From a virus: 64,000 bases of DNA. How positions within the stretch are numbered: position 1 is the first letter of the stretch; the number at the start of each line of letters is the position of its first letter. The notes under the pieces were generated by a model. It saw nothing but the letters and a program-made list of their open reading frames with translations. It was not told the DNA's origin and did not search any database. This document shows positions 17,102 through 26,460 of this stretch, piece by piece. The stretch spans positions 64,001 to 128,000 of IMG/VR virus record IMGVR_UViG_3300049137_000157. One strand, written 5' to 3'. Position numbers and translations under genes: made by a program.

Positions 17102-17346
17102 ACTAGTGTGCCATGCTGAAGACACGAAAAGCCAGCCGAGAAAGGCGGAAAGGCACCGAAGAGCGTAACAATCTGTGCCTCTGGGCACCTTTGTGCCCTG
17201 GGACGCGTACCCAGCGTGACGAAACCGTCCGCCGGGAAACGTTGTAACCCTGCTCAGGATACAGAGAGACGCTCACTCCGCCGAGTGGCCAGGGCCATTG
17301 ATTTGACCTTGATCCAACGGTTGCAACGGTGAGGAGAGGAAGCGTG

Positions 17347-18378
17347 ATGGCCGCGACAACACCCGTTTCGCAGCCTTCCATCCCTCCCGCCCCCGAGATG
17401 AAGGCCCCCCCTCGCAAGAGGCTGGACGCCTTCAAGGACCGAGTGGCGGCAACCTTCCAGAACCAGATTGCCGCAGCTCGGACGAAGTGGGCCGAGGGGC
17501 GGAAGGCGTCGGAGAGCAAACAGCAGGAGGTTCGCGAGGAAGCCCGGGTTGTGATCGACCCGGTCAAGGAGAAGATCAACGAAAGCAAGGACCTCGCCGG
17601 GCAGATCGTCGTCCCCGTCCTGAGCGGCATACAGGACACCGTCGATCCGATCGTCCAGGCATCGGGACGCGAGAAGGCCAAGGGCAAGTCCCGGCCACTG
17701 GTGACATCCTTCGGCTGGTCGATGATCCTGGCGTGGGCCGTCAACCCCATCATGCTGATGGAGGCGATGTACGACAGGGCTCTCGGCTCGAAGGCACCCC
17801 GCGACTGGGGGCTGCTGATGGGCCCCGGCCGCTGGTTCCGGGACACCATCGTCATGGCCTGGGAGACCGGACAGAAGGCCAGCTTCACCTGGGCGGTCGT
17901 CATCGGCCTCCTCCCGATGGTCATCGGTACCTGCAAGAACGTCGCACAGAGCAACCCGGAAGGCGCGCTCTACAACTCGATGAGGTTCCTGGACCGGGCA
18001 GTCGGCACGGTCTGGGGGGTCATCCGCTGGGCCCTCTGCCTTGTTCTGCCCTTCCTGCGGGGGAGCATTCCGCAGAAGTCGCAGAACGAGAGCCCGGTGA
18101 AGTGGCTCACCCGCCTCTCCTACGCCACCCCGCTGTTCTACCTGCTCGGCCTGTCCTACCCCGGCGCGACCCAGTGGCTGTTCGGGGTGACCTGGACTCT
18201 CCAGTGGTGGCAGGTGGGGGTCATGGCCCTGACCTGCTTCTCCTACTACGGAGTCATGTGGGCCCTCGACCGCATGGAAGACGGCAAGGGCTTCGACATG
18301 ACCCACGTGATCATCATGATGCCCCTGGCGAGCATGATCTCGGGCTACGCCCTGAACGGCATGGACGCCGCCATGTGA
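17347..18378 (+). CDS. Multi-TM membrane protein (transfer/spread region)
   Basis: RBS GAGGAGAGG; charged N-terminus followed by several hydrophobic segments; divergent from the GntR gene. Confidence 0.7.
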   Translation: MAATTPVSQPSIPPAPEMKAPPRKRLDAFKDRVAATFQNQIAAARTKWAEGRKASESKQQEVREEARVVIDPVKEKINESKDLAGQIVVPVLSGIQDTVDPIVQASGREKAKGKSRPLVTSFGWSMILAWAVNPIMLMEAMYDRALGSKAPRDWGLLMGPGRWFRDTIVMAWETGQKASFTWAVVIGLLPMVIGTCKNVAQSNPEGALYNSMRFLDRAVGTVWGVIRWALCLVLPFLRGSIPQKSQNESPVKWLTRLSYATPLFYLLGLSYPGATQWLFGVTWTLQWWQVGVMALTCFSYYGVMWALDRMEDGKGFDMTHVIIMMPLASMISGYALNGMDAAM

Positions 18379-18572
18379 CGGCGGACCTTCCGCAAGGCCG
18401 TGACACCGCCGAAGCCATCGGCGAGACGGTGCCGGATCGAATCCGGCCGGAAGGACTCAGAGCACCACCAGCCTGACGGAAAGCGAGAAGAGACGTGAAC
18501 AACGACAACAACGGCATGCCGGTTCTGATCCCGTCGCGTCCCGGCGGCAACTGAGAGAAGGGAACCATCGAG

Positions 18573-19205
18573 ATGAACATCGCGGCAGCGCAGACCGCCA
18601 TCGAGACCGGCGCGACACTGCCCACCACCTCCTGGGTCGGGAACATCACGTTCTTCGGCCTCGGCTTCACCATCCTGCTCCTGTCGTTCCTGTCCCAGCC
18701 CAAGGCGGCCTCCGCCGACGGCAAGAAGCCTGCTCGAAATGGTCGCCTCTTCTGGAGCCCGGTCGTCATCGGCCTTGGTAACCGATTCATCGGTGAGCCG
18801 TCCGTCCGGCTCAAGAAGAAGGTCATCGGCAAGGCGAACAAGGACGCCTCGGGACAGGTGATCATCGAGGACCCGGAGCCGTTCGACTGGATGAGCCTGC
18901 TGAGCTTCTTCATCGGGTTCATCGGCATGACGTCGATCCTGATGACCAGCAACGGAGACATCACTGTCGTCCTGGACTTCCTGTGGTCCGGGGTCTTCCT
19001 GATCATCGGCTTCCCGGGCATCTCCGACATGGGGGCCGGTGCCATCGCTCTGATCCTCCTGTTCTTGGCGATGGCCAAGCAGGGCGACAGCAAGAAGGAC
19101 CTGGTCTTCGGCATCGTGTGTGCCGTGTTCTTCTCCGTCGCGGGTGGCGGTTTCGCCAGCCTGTCGAACGCCATCAGCAATTGGATCCCGACGCTGTTCG
19201 GTTGA
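18573..19205 (+). CDS. Multi-TM membrane protein (transfer/spread region)
   Basis: RBS AAGGGA; at least five hydrophobic segments with Gly-rich packing motifs. Confidence 0.7.
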   Translation: MNIAAAQTAIETGATLPTTSWVGNITFFGLGFTILLLSFLSQPKAASADGKKPARNGRLFWSPVVIGLGNRFIGEPSVRLKKKVIGKANKDASGQVIIEDPEPFDWMSLLSFFIGFIGMTSILMTSNGDITVVLDFLWSGVFLIIGFPGISDMGAGAIALILLFLAMAKQGDSKKDLVFGIVCAVFFSVAGGGFASLSNAISNWIPTLFG

Positions 19206-19215
19206 TCCTCGCCAC

Positions 19216-19247
19216 AAAGGGGCGGCCTCTCCGGAGGTCGCCCCTTT
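19216..19247 (+). terminator. Intrinsic terminator
   Basis: AAAGGGGCGGCCTC/GAGGTCGCCCCTTT followed by T. Confidence 0.75.
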
Positions 19248-19250
19248 TGC

Positions 19251-19280
19251 TTGTCCTACTGGCCTAGGCCGTGCTAGTTT
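19251..19280 (+). promoter_or_regulatory. Promoter TTGTCC-N18-TAGTTT with GGCCTAGGCC (19261-19270) in the spacer
   Basis: Directly upstream of RBS AAGGAGGAG and the hydrolase operon. Confidence 0.7.
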
Positions 19281-19301
19281 CGAGGTACGGAAGGAGGAGA
19301 A

Positions 19302-19958
19302 ATGAGACGACGATCGAACGGGGTTTTTCTCTTCGGATTCGGTGCAGTGTTCGTGGTTCAGATGGTCACTGGATTCGTTCCCGGAGTCCCGTCCATTGCT
19401 GCTCCTTCGACACCTGCCGAAGCCAAGGAAGTTTCGAAGGAGTTCAAGGTGCCGAAAGGTGCGGTGAAGCCCGCACTGATCAGCGCCGACAAGCCCGTCC
19501 GCAAGGGGTCCATCCCCAACAAGCGCTTCGAGGACCTGATCAACGTCTGGGGTAGGCAGTGTGAAACTCTCAGCCCTGCCATCCTCGCAGCGCAGATGTA
19601 CCAGGAAAGCGGATTCCGGACGAGCAGGGACACCGTGTCCAGCGCCAACGCACAGGGCTTCGCGCAGTTCATACCTTCCACCTGGAAGGTGCACGGGAAG
19701 GATGGCGACGGAGACGGAAAAGCTGACGTCTGGAACCCCGAGGACGCCATTCCGTCCGCCGCCATGTACGACTGCTACCTCGCGCGGATCGTACGAAATG
19801 AGCCCGGCGACGACGTCGGAAACATGCTCGCTTCGTACAACGCCGGAGCGGGCCGGGTGAAGGAACACGATGGCGTTCCTCCGCCGACTTTCGCCCGAGG
19901 CGAGACCTACAACTACGTGAAGAACATCAAGGCGATGGCGAAGGAGAAGTTCTCGTGA
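19302..19958 (+). CDS. Lytic transglycosylase (SLT family), secreted
   Basis: AILAAQMYQESGF, AQGFAQFIPSTW, LASYNAG and ETYNYV motifs; N-terminal signal/anchor. Confidence 0.92.
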   Translation: MRRRSNGVFLFGFGAVFVVQMVTGFVPGVPSIAAPSTPAEAKEVSKEFKVPKGAVKPALISADKPVRKGSIPNKRFEDLINVWGRQCETLSPAILAAQMYQESGFRTSRDTVSSANAQGFAQFIPSTWKVHGKDGDGDGKADVWNPEDAIPSAAMYDCYLARIVRNEPGDDVGNMLASYNAGAGRVKEHDGVPPPTFARGETYNYVKNIKAMAKEKFS

Positions 19959-20566
19959 AGCGACGGACGTTCCTCGTCGTCCCGGCCGGGGTTCTGATCA
20001 GTGGGTGCAGCGCACTTCACGCAGCCCCGATCTCGAACTCCACGAACAACCCGAACCCGAACATCAAGAAGATCAACTTCTACTCGGACGGCTATCAGCC
20101 CACCGAGGAAGACGAAAAGGCGCAGCCCGAAAAGGTCCGGATGGACAAGCCGGTGAAAACTCGCAGGTGGGTCCAGCCGGTCGACGCACCCATTGGCACC
20201 CCTTACCGGCAAGCCGGATCGTCATGGTCCAGCGGCTACCACACCGGCACCGACTTCGCCGCACCGAACGGAACCCCGATCCGGGCTGTCGGTGCGGGCG
20301 TCGTCATCTACGCCGGAGCGGCCGGACAGTACGGCAATCAGGTCGTCATCCAGCACGACCACGGCACGTTCAGTCAGTACGCACACCTGAGCAAGGTTCA
20401 GGTCAAACGTTGGCAGGCAGTCGATGCAGGGCACGTCATCGGCCGCGTCGGATCCACCGGCAACAGCTCCGGCCCGCACCTCCACTTCGAGATGCGCAAC
20501 GGCCCCGCCTACGGGTCCGACATGGACCCCGTGAAGTTCCTCAGGAACAAAGGCGTCAGCCTCTAA
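19955..20566 (+). CDS. M23 metallopeptidase lipoprotein
   Basis: HTGTDFAA (HxxxD), YAHL and GPHLHFE (HxH); N-terminal KRRTFL twin-Arg-like motif and lipobox ISGC. Confidence 0.92.
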   Translation: MKRRTFLVVPAGVLISGCSALHAAPISNSTNNPNPNIKKINFYSDGYQPTEEDEKAQPEKVRMDKPVKTRRWVQPVDAPIGTPYRQAGSSWSSGYHTGTDFAAPNGTPIRAVGAGVVIYAGAAGQYGNQVVIQHDHGTFSQYAHLSKVQVKRWQAVDAGHVIGRVGSTGNSSGPHLHFEMRNGPAYGSDMDPVKFLRNKGVSL

Positions 20567-20593
20567 CAGACATGCACGGAAAGGAGGAAAAAC

Positions 20594-21286
20594 GTGAAGA
20601 GGCGAAACGTGGGCCTCACTGTCGCTGCGACAGTTCTCTCGATCGGCCTCACCGGCTGCGCCAGTGACCCGCAGGAGGGTGGAGAGGGATTCAGCGTGGC
20701 GGACACCCTGCGCTCTCTCGGCAACCCCGGTGACGAAGTGCAGCGGCATGCCGACCAGACCTCCAAGAAGGCCGAGGAGGACAAGGCGTCCGCCGACGCT
20801 GCGGAGAAGGCCGAAAAGAACAAGAAGGCCGCGTCCCGCGAGGACCCGGTAGTAACCCGCAACGACAGGGCCGTGAAGGAGGCACCGTCCGGAGTGCCCG
20901 CCTTCGTCACTGCCACCAACTGGGCACAGACCAAGCTCGGTCACAAGTACGTCTGGGGCGGTGAGTCGGACGAGGAGGGTGGCTTCGACTGTTCGGGGCT
21001 CATGCAGGCCGCCTGGGCCGAGGCCGGGGTCAAGCTGCCCCGCGTGGCGCACGCCCAGTACTACGCCTCCAAGGTTCACCCGAAGCGCAGTCAGCTCAAT
21101 CCCGGGGACCTCGTTTTCTACAAGAACTCCTCGGGCGAGATCTACCACGTCGGGCTGTATGTGGGCCTCGACGAGAAGGGGCGTCAGACGATGCTGCACG
21201 CCCCCAACCGCAACCGGGTCATCCAGTTCGACCCGATCGACTACATGAACGGCTACTTCGGAGCAACGAGGGTGGGAGAAGAGTGA
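20594..21286 (+). CDS. NlpC/P60 peptidase lipoprotein
   Basis: YVWGG, FDCSGL, PGDLVFY, YHVGLYVG and MLHAP motifs; lipobox LTGC. Confidence 0.92.
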   Translation: MKRRNVGLTVAATVLSIGLTGCASDPQEGGEGFSVADTLRSLGNPGDEVQRHADQTSKKAEEDKASADAAEKAEKNKKAASREDPVVTRNDRAVKEAPSGVPAFVTATNWAQTKLGHKYVWGGESDEEGGFDCSGLMQAAWAEAGVKLPRVAHAQYYASKVHPKRSQLNPGDLVFYKNSSGEIYHVGLYVGLDEKGRQTMLHAPNRNRVIQFDPIDYMNGYFGATRVGEE

Positions 21287-21516
21287 TGAACACGTACCTC
21301 GCACACGTGCAGGTGAGGGAACCCGGCCACGCCGACCTCGTCGAATTTGACACGGTCGTGGTCACCGAGTCCGCTGAGGACTCGGAGCTGCGCAAGGCGG
21401 CGGAGCGGGTCTGGTCGGACGAGGTGCAGGAGGGCTGCCGGGTCCACGTGGATCTGCTGGACCTGGCGACCGGTAAGGCGCTGGTCTCCACCGGGGATCA
21501 GGTGATGACGGCATGA
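21283..21516 (+). CDS. Hypothetical protein
   Basis: 77 aa, coupled to both neighbours. Confidence 0.55.
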   Translation: MMNTYLAHVQVREPGHADLVEFDTVVVTESAEDSELRKAAERVWSDEVQEGCRVHVDLLDLATGKALVSTGDQVMTA

Positions 21517-21734
21517 GTACCCAGATCGACTTCGGACAGGACTACGCCCGCTTCGTCATCGCCGATTTCCTGGAATGGCTCCAGGGGAAGGGCGGGGTCG
21601 AAGGGCGCAAGGGTGTCTACCACTTGACCCGTCACGTCCCGGGCGGCACTCCCGACACCGAGACCCCCGACGACCAGGAGAACCTCGACCTCGTCGAGGC
21701 GTTCCTCACGGAGATGGATTCCGTGCCCGAGTGA
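21513..21734 (+). CDS. Hypothetical protein
   Basis: 73 aa, ATGA coupling. Confidence 0.55.
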   Translation: MSTQIDFGQDYARFVIADFLEWLQGKGGVEGRKGVYHLTRHVPGGTPDTETPDDQENLDLVEAFLTEMDSVPE

Positions 21735-21747
21735 GGGGGGCCGTCGC

Positions 21748-22461
21748 ATGATGGGTCGGACGCATGCCGCGATCGGAGCGGCAACCCCTCTTTCTCTTCT
21801 ACTGACCGGAGGGGCGACGGCGCAGGAGGTGGCGGTCATGGCTGTCGTCTCAGCGGCGTTCTCTCTGCTCCCGGACCTCGACCACCAGGACTCGATCGCC
21901 AGCAGGGCGCTCGGAGGCTGGTCACACCAGGTGGCTCAGAGCGCAAGCAAACTGGCTCTGCGTCTCGCGTCCACCACCCGGGATGTCCGGACTCGACGAC
22001 ACCGAGCCATGCGGGGAATCTCGCCGACTCACCGGACGTTCACGCACACGCTTCTGGCATCTTTTCTCCTCACGAGTTTCGTGCTTTTGGGGGCCGCTTC
22101 CAGTCAGATTTTTGTCGGGGTTCTGTCTGGCGCGGGGGTGCTGCTGCTCCGTCCGGTTCTTCGGCTTCCGTGGCTGCTTACCGGGGTCCTTTCGGTCACC
22201 CTCGGCGTCGGAGCCTATCTGTGGTTTCCCCCGGTTCTCCTGGTTCTTGCCGCAGGTGGGGGCTACGTGGGAAGCATCCTCGCGGACGGGTGTACGAAGC
22301 AGGGCGTCCCCCTGTTCTGGCCGATGAAGATCAACGACAAGCGCTGGTGGGACATCGTCCTGCTGAGACGCCCGGTGGTGGTGGGTGGCGGGCGCGAGGC
22401 GAGTGTGGCTGTCGGGGTGGCGGTGGTGATGAACGGCATCTTGGCGGTTCTCGCCATCTGA
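21748..22461 (+). CDS. Membrane-bound metal-dependent hydrolase (YdjM/DUF457-like)
   Basis: MMGRTH, LLPDLDH, HRTFTH and AD..TK.GVPLFWP motifs with multiple TMs. Confidence 0.85.
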   Translation: MMGRTHAAIGAATPLSLLLTGGATAQEVAVMAVVSAAFSLLPDLDHQDSIASRALGGWSHQVAQSASKLALRLASTTRDVRTRRHRAMRGISPTHRTFTHTLLASFLLTSFVLLGAASSQIFVGVLSGAGVLLLRPVLRLPWLLTGVLSVTLGVGAYLWFPPVLLVLAAGGGYVGSILADGCTKQGVPLFWPMKINDKRWWDIVLLRRPVVVGGGREASVAVGVAVVMNGILAVLAI

Positions 22462-22491
22462 GGGAGTCCGACTTCGGTCGGACTCCCTTTT
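22461..22491 (+). terminator. Intrinsic terminator
   Basis: 11-bp stem AGGGAGTCCGA/TCGGACTCCCT followed by TTTT. Confidence 0.85.
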
Positions 22492-22560
22492 TGGTGACAT
22501 TGACTGAGAGTTCCTGCACAATGAGGAACGGAAGTGGAGGGGAAAGGTGATGCGGCTGAC

Positions 22561-23052
22561 ATGAACTACGAGAAGGATGCCTACTACAGCGAGGCACCGA
22601 CGCGCCGTCTCCCGGTGGACCCGAAGACTCGGATCTACGGCGAGCCGGAACGCCCGACCCGCGTGTACCCCGAGGCCCCCACCAGGCGCTTTACCGAGCC
22701 CGCACAGCCTGCTGCTCCCGCTCGGGCTCCCCGTTCGTCCGGATCGTCCGGCACCAACAGCCCTGCCGCTTTCGTGCAGGCCACCGGGGAGATGTACGAC
22801 CTCGTCCGACGCATTCAGGACGATGTCTCCCTGGCGCAGCCCGTGGAGGAGGAGCTGGGGGAGGTCTACGAGCGGACCCACGTCGTGCACGACAAGAACC
22901 TTCTGCTCGGCATGCGACTGACGGCGGGTGTGGGCGGCGTGACTTGCTGGCTGACCCAGTTCCACCTCGGATGCCTGGTCATCACAGCGGTCGCCGTGCT
23001 GTTCTGGATCTACAACGAGACCGGAGTGGAGTACCTGAAGAAGAGCAGGTAA
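22561..23052 (+). CDS. Membrane protein with two C-terminal TMs
   Basis: Pro-rich N-terminus with repeated PTR motifs; two hydrophobic C-terminal segments. Confidence 0.6.
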   Translation: MNYEKDAYYSEAPTRRLPVDPKTRIYGEPERPTRVYPEAPTRRFTEPAQPAAPARAPRSSGSSGTNSPAAFVQATGEMYDLVRRIQDDVSLAQPVEEELGEVYERTHVVHDKNLLLGMRLTAGVGGVTCWLTQFHLGCLVITAVAVLFWIYNETGVEYLKKSR

Positions 23053-23066
23053 ACCTCGGAAACGGG

Positions 23067-23095
23067 TTGATGTATTACAACGTCACACGTAGTCT
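23067..23095 (+). promoter_or_regulatory. Promoter TTGATG-N17-TAGTCT for the replication arm
   Basis: Matches the actinobacterial housekeeping consensus; overlaps a short dyad (TGTATTACA); upstream of the RHH gene. Confidence 0.6.
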
Positions 23096-23123
23096 GGATT
23101 CAGTACCGGAGAGGAGGAAAAAA

Positions 23124-23276
23124 ATGGGTGAACCACTCTCGGAACTGATCCCCCTGAGGGTCACCAAAACGATGCGCCTGAAGATCGAGGAAGCGGCCAA
23201 GAAGGACGGCCGGAACCGCTCGAACTACCTCCGCCACTTGGTGGAGAGGGCACTCGTTCAGGAGGGTGCGTCGTGA
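23124..23276 (+). CDS. Ribbon-helix-helix (CopG/Arc-like) DNA-binding protein
   Basis: 50 aa, LIPLRVTKTMRLKIEEAAKKDGRNRSNYLRHLVERAL; RBS GAGGAGG. Confidence 0.8.
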   Translation: MGEPLSELIPLRVTKTMRLKIEEAAKKDGRNRSNYLRHLVERALVQEGAS

Positions 23277-23716
23277 ACGAGCAGGAGATACGCGCAGCCG
23301 CCCTCCATGCCGCAGGCACCTACGCCGGATCCATCGGAGGAGCGAAGCCCGAGGACCTGCTCTACGTAGCAGACGTCTACGCCGTCTACATCACGGACGG
23401 CCGAGATGCGGCCCTCGCCCGCTTCGCCCAGATGGAGGCCGAAAAGGCGGCGGCGAAGAAGTCGGTCGACAGCCCGTCGACGCACACGCTGCCGACGACG
23501 GAGCTGCGGGAAGCGCGTCCTCTCGGGCTGGTGCAGCCCGACGTGCACCCGGAGAAGATCCGAACTGCCCAGAACCTGCTGACGGAGGCGAGGAAGGCCA
23601 AGGTGGCCGCCCACAAGAACCTGTTGAAGCAGAGGGCAGTCAACGCGGGAGTCCTGGACGTACCGATCACTGACGGGAACCGGACGGTGACCCTGAAGGA
23701 CGTCCTCGGCGTGTAG
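23273..23716 (+). CDS. Hypothetical protein
   Basis: 147 aa, GTGA-coupled. Confidence 0.65.
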   Translation: MNEQEIRAAALHAAGTYAGSIGGAKPEDLLYVADVYAVYITDGRDAALARFAQMEAEKAAAKKSVDSPSTHTLPTTELREARPLGLVQPDVHPEKIRTAQNLLTEARKAKVAAHKNLLKQRAVNAGVLDVPITDGNRTVTLKDVLGV

Positions 23717-23794
23717 GAACCTGCGGCAAAATCGCAGAAGACTGTCATGAGGCGCTACCCTGACGTGAAATGATCGCGTCGGGAGGATTTCACC

Positions 23795-24070
23795 ATGTCT
23801 ACGGCTGAAACCATCAGCGCCTCGGTCCGCAACCTGCTCACCCTCGCGATGAGTGAGGACGACGACCGTCTGACGACACCGCCGAACAAGCTGTACAGCA
23901 GGAAGGTCAAGGAACTCGCGGCCAAGCTCGGCGTCTCCGAACCGTACATGTTCCGGAAGATCAAGGATAGTACGTGGACGATCGGAGACCTCGACCGGCT
24001 TGCCGAGTATTTCGGGGTGCACCCGGCAGATCTCGTGCCGGGTCCTCACGACGGAGAGGAAAAGGGATAA
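23795..24070 (+). CDS. Xre/Cro-like HTH regulator
   Basis: VKELAAKLGVSEPYMFRKIK...WTIGDLDRLAEYFGV.PADL. Confidence 0.8.
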   Translation: MSTAETISASVRNLLTLAMSEDDDRLTTPPNKLYSRKVKELAAKLGVSEPYMFRKIKDSTWTIGDLDRLAEYFGVHPADLVPGPHDGEEKG

Positions 24071-24072
24071 GG

Positions 24073-25578
24073 GTGACGTTCAAACTCACGGACGAACAGC
24101 AGTACGCGGTCGACCTTGCAGGCAAGGGCGAGCGCACCAAGGTCATCGCCCCTGCCGGATCGGGCAAGTCCAAGACGGCCGAGGAGATGGCCAGGGCGAT
24201 GATCCGGGCTGGCAAGCGGAACATCCTCTATCTGGTCTACAACACCGAGGCCCGGCGCGACGCCGAACGGCGCTTCAAGGGACTGGACCAGGTCAAGGTC
24301 CGGACGACCAGTCAGATCGGCTACCGGGCCTTCGCCGGTACCCACAAGGATCGCATGAACTTCAAGACGGCCCCCAAGGTCCCGAGCTGGCAGTTGGCGG
24401 AATGGCTCAAGTTGAAGCCGCTGAACTTCGGGGACGGGCTCGTCCTTGACGGGCCCCAGCAGGCCCTGTACGCCACAAGGGCGATCGACCAGTTCTGCTC
24501 TTCCAACCGCCGGTCCATCACCGCCGACGATGTCCCGTTGGAGATGCATGGAGTCGACGACTCCGCGCTGAAGTCGGTCAAGACGGCCATCGCCACACTG
24601 GCGCAGAGCATCTGGTTCGACGCCAAGCGCGCCGGATCCCGCTTCCCGTTCGACATGACCATGGCCTTCAAGCATGTCGCCCTCGACGGCAAGGACGAGG
24701 GCTACGACGCGGTTCTGCTCGACGAGGCGCAGGACTCCAACGACAACACCATGGCGTACCTCAACAACCAGGAGAACGCTCAGATCTGCGTGCTCGGAGA
24801 CCCTGCGCAGACCCTCTACGCCTGGAGGGGGTCGACAGACCAGATCCTTCAGTTCGACGGAGTCCCGGCCCCCCTCACGCAGAGCTTCCGATTCGGCGAG
24901 GCCATCGCCGAGGAGGCAATGAAGCACCTTCCGTTCACGGAGACCGGGGTTGTCGTGAAGGGCCTGCCGAGCATCCGGGACAAGGTGTTCTACGGCGGGA
25001 TGGAGAAGCCGGACGTCGTCCTCACCCGGACGAACGTGGGCTCCATGTCCTACGCGCTCTCCCTCATGGAGGCGGGTTACCGAGTGGCACTCGTCAAGGG
25101 AGCCGACCCCATTCGGTCGCTGGCCTTCGCCGCGATCGAGCTGCGCAAGGGCAAGCGGCCCACCCGGAACATCGAGTTGTCCGCGTTCGAGGACTGGTCC
25201 GAGCTGGTGTCCTTCACGGAGGAGCCCAGCGGTGGCCATCTGAAGGCGCTGGTGAACCTCGTGAACATCCACGGCACCAAGCCCCTGATCGATGCGTGCG
25301 GCAACATCGTCCCGTACAGCGCTCGCAACCCTCAGCACGACGTCGCGGTGACCACGTGCCACTCCATCAAGGGACTGGAGTGGGACAACGTCCTCATCGG
25401 TGACGATTTCGACGAGCCGAAGCCGCACGTCGACCCGAAGACCGAAGAGGTCACCCCGGGAGAGATCAAGCGATTCGACGCGATGGTGAACTACGTGGCC
25501 GTCAGTCGAGCACGTAAGGCTCTCGACGCCGAGGGCCTGGCGTGGATCAACAAGTACCTGGAATCTGCGACGACGTAA
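24073..25578 (+). CDS. UvrD/Rep-like SF1 helicase
   Basis: Walker A APAGSGKS, LLDEAQD, LGDPAQTLYAWRG, LTQSFRFG, TTCHSIKGLEWDNV and NYVAVSRAR motifs. Confidence 0.93.
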   Translation: MTFKLTDEQQYAVDLAGKGERTKVIAPAGSGKSKTAEEMARAMIRAGKRNILYLVYNTEARRDAERRFKGLDQVKVRTTSQIGYRAFAGTHKDRMNFKTAPKVPSWQLAEWLKLKPLNFGDGLVLDGPQQALYATRAIDQFCSSNRRSITADDVPLEMHGVDDSALKSVKTAIATLAQSIWFDAKRAGSRFPFDMTMAFKHVALDGKDEGYDAVLLDEAQDSNDNTMAYLNNQENAQICVLGDPAQTLYAWRGSTDQILQFDGVPAPLTQSFRFGEAIAEEAMKHLPFTETGVVVKGLPSIRDKVFYGGMEKPDVVLTRTNVGSMSYALSLMEAGYRVALVKGADPIRSLAFAAIELRKGKRPTRNIELSAFEDWSELVSFTEEPSGGHLKALVNLVNIHGTKPLIDACGNIVPYSARNPQHDVAVTTCHSIKGLEWDNVLIGDDFDEPKPHVDPKTEEVTPGEIKRFDAMVNYVAVSRARKALDAEGLAWINKYLESATT

Positions 25579-25664
25579 TCCCCGCATTCCCGGTCGGCGG
25601 CGCTGGCCTCCTGCTCGTTGGGGGACCAGCGCCGCTGCCCTATCCAAGCGTCAGGAGAAGAAAC

Positions 25665-25940
25665 GTGACGAAGCGAAAGTCTGTTACCCGACTGGTTCAG
25701 CTAGAGGAGCGATTCAAGACCCTGGGTGCGGTGTTGCTCGAAATTCGGAAGATGCACAGCGAGGTATATCTGGAATACATCGAAGAAGCGGGACGGATCC
25801 TTGACAAGGATCCGTCGACTTTCGTCTTGGGTACACGGAACTGCCTCACGTCCCCCATCACGAAATGTGTCCATTCCTTCTCCGAAGAGATGGGAGTGGA
25901 CGAATGCATCTTCTGCGGGAAGCCGGAGGGGCGTAAGTAG
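25665..25940 (+). CDS. Hypothetical protein with Cys motifs
   Basis: GTG start after AGGAG; C...C.H....CIFCG. Confidence 0.5.
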   Translation: MTKRKSVTRLVQLEERFKTLGAVLLEIRKMHSEVYLEYIEEAGRILDKDPSTFVLGTRNCLTSPITKCVHSFSEEMGVDECIFCGKPEGRK

Positions 25941-25941
25941 C

Positions 25942-26427
25942 ATGGTGCAAGTGGATCTGACACAGACGGAAAACGGGATTCCCGAACACTTGCAGGACAT
26001 CGCTTTCCACTTGGAACGCTGCCGGTATTTCGTCCGGTACAGCGAGAAGAAGCGGTGCGGGTGTCATGTTCGGCAAATATTGCACGCCGACAATGACCAA
26101 GGAATCTATCTTCGTATCAGCGTGGACGAAGATCCCGTCGGCCGACTTGGCAATCTCCTTTTCGAAGGCCGATTCGAAACTCCGGAAGGGATGAGCACGG
26201 CTTTCCACGAGTTCACCGACGTCGAGAGGTTCCTCGCTTTCGCCCAGGCCGGAACCGGATGCCCTTGCAGGAAGAAGATTTTCGAAGAGAACCGGGCGAG
26301 GAAGGTGCTGGAGGACTCTCTCAAGGCCCGGGTGCTGGAAAGGCGGCTTCACCGCAGAGAATCCAGCCTCTACCTCTGCCCTTTCTGGTGGGTTCAGGGG
26401 AAGGACTACTTTCACGTCTCCGCATAG
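25942..26427 (+). CDS. Hypothetical protein
   Basis: ORF in the gene run; start re-picked. Confidence 0.45.
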   Translation: MVQVDLTQTENGIPEHLQDIAFHLERCRYFVRYSEKKRCGCHVRQILHADNDQGIYLRISVDEDPVGRLGNLLFEGRFETPEGMSTAFHEFTDVERFLAFAQAGTGCPCRKKIFEENRARKVLEDSLKARVLERRLHRRESSLYLCPFWWVQGKDYFHVSA

Positions 26428-26460
26428 GGGAGGTGGAGTCGACAGGAAAGGGAGGGTGAA

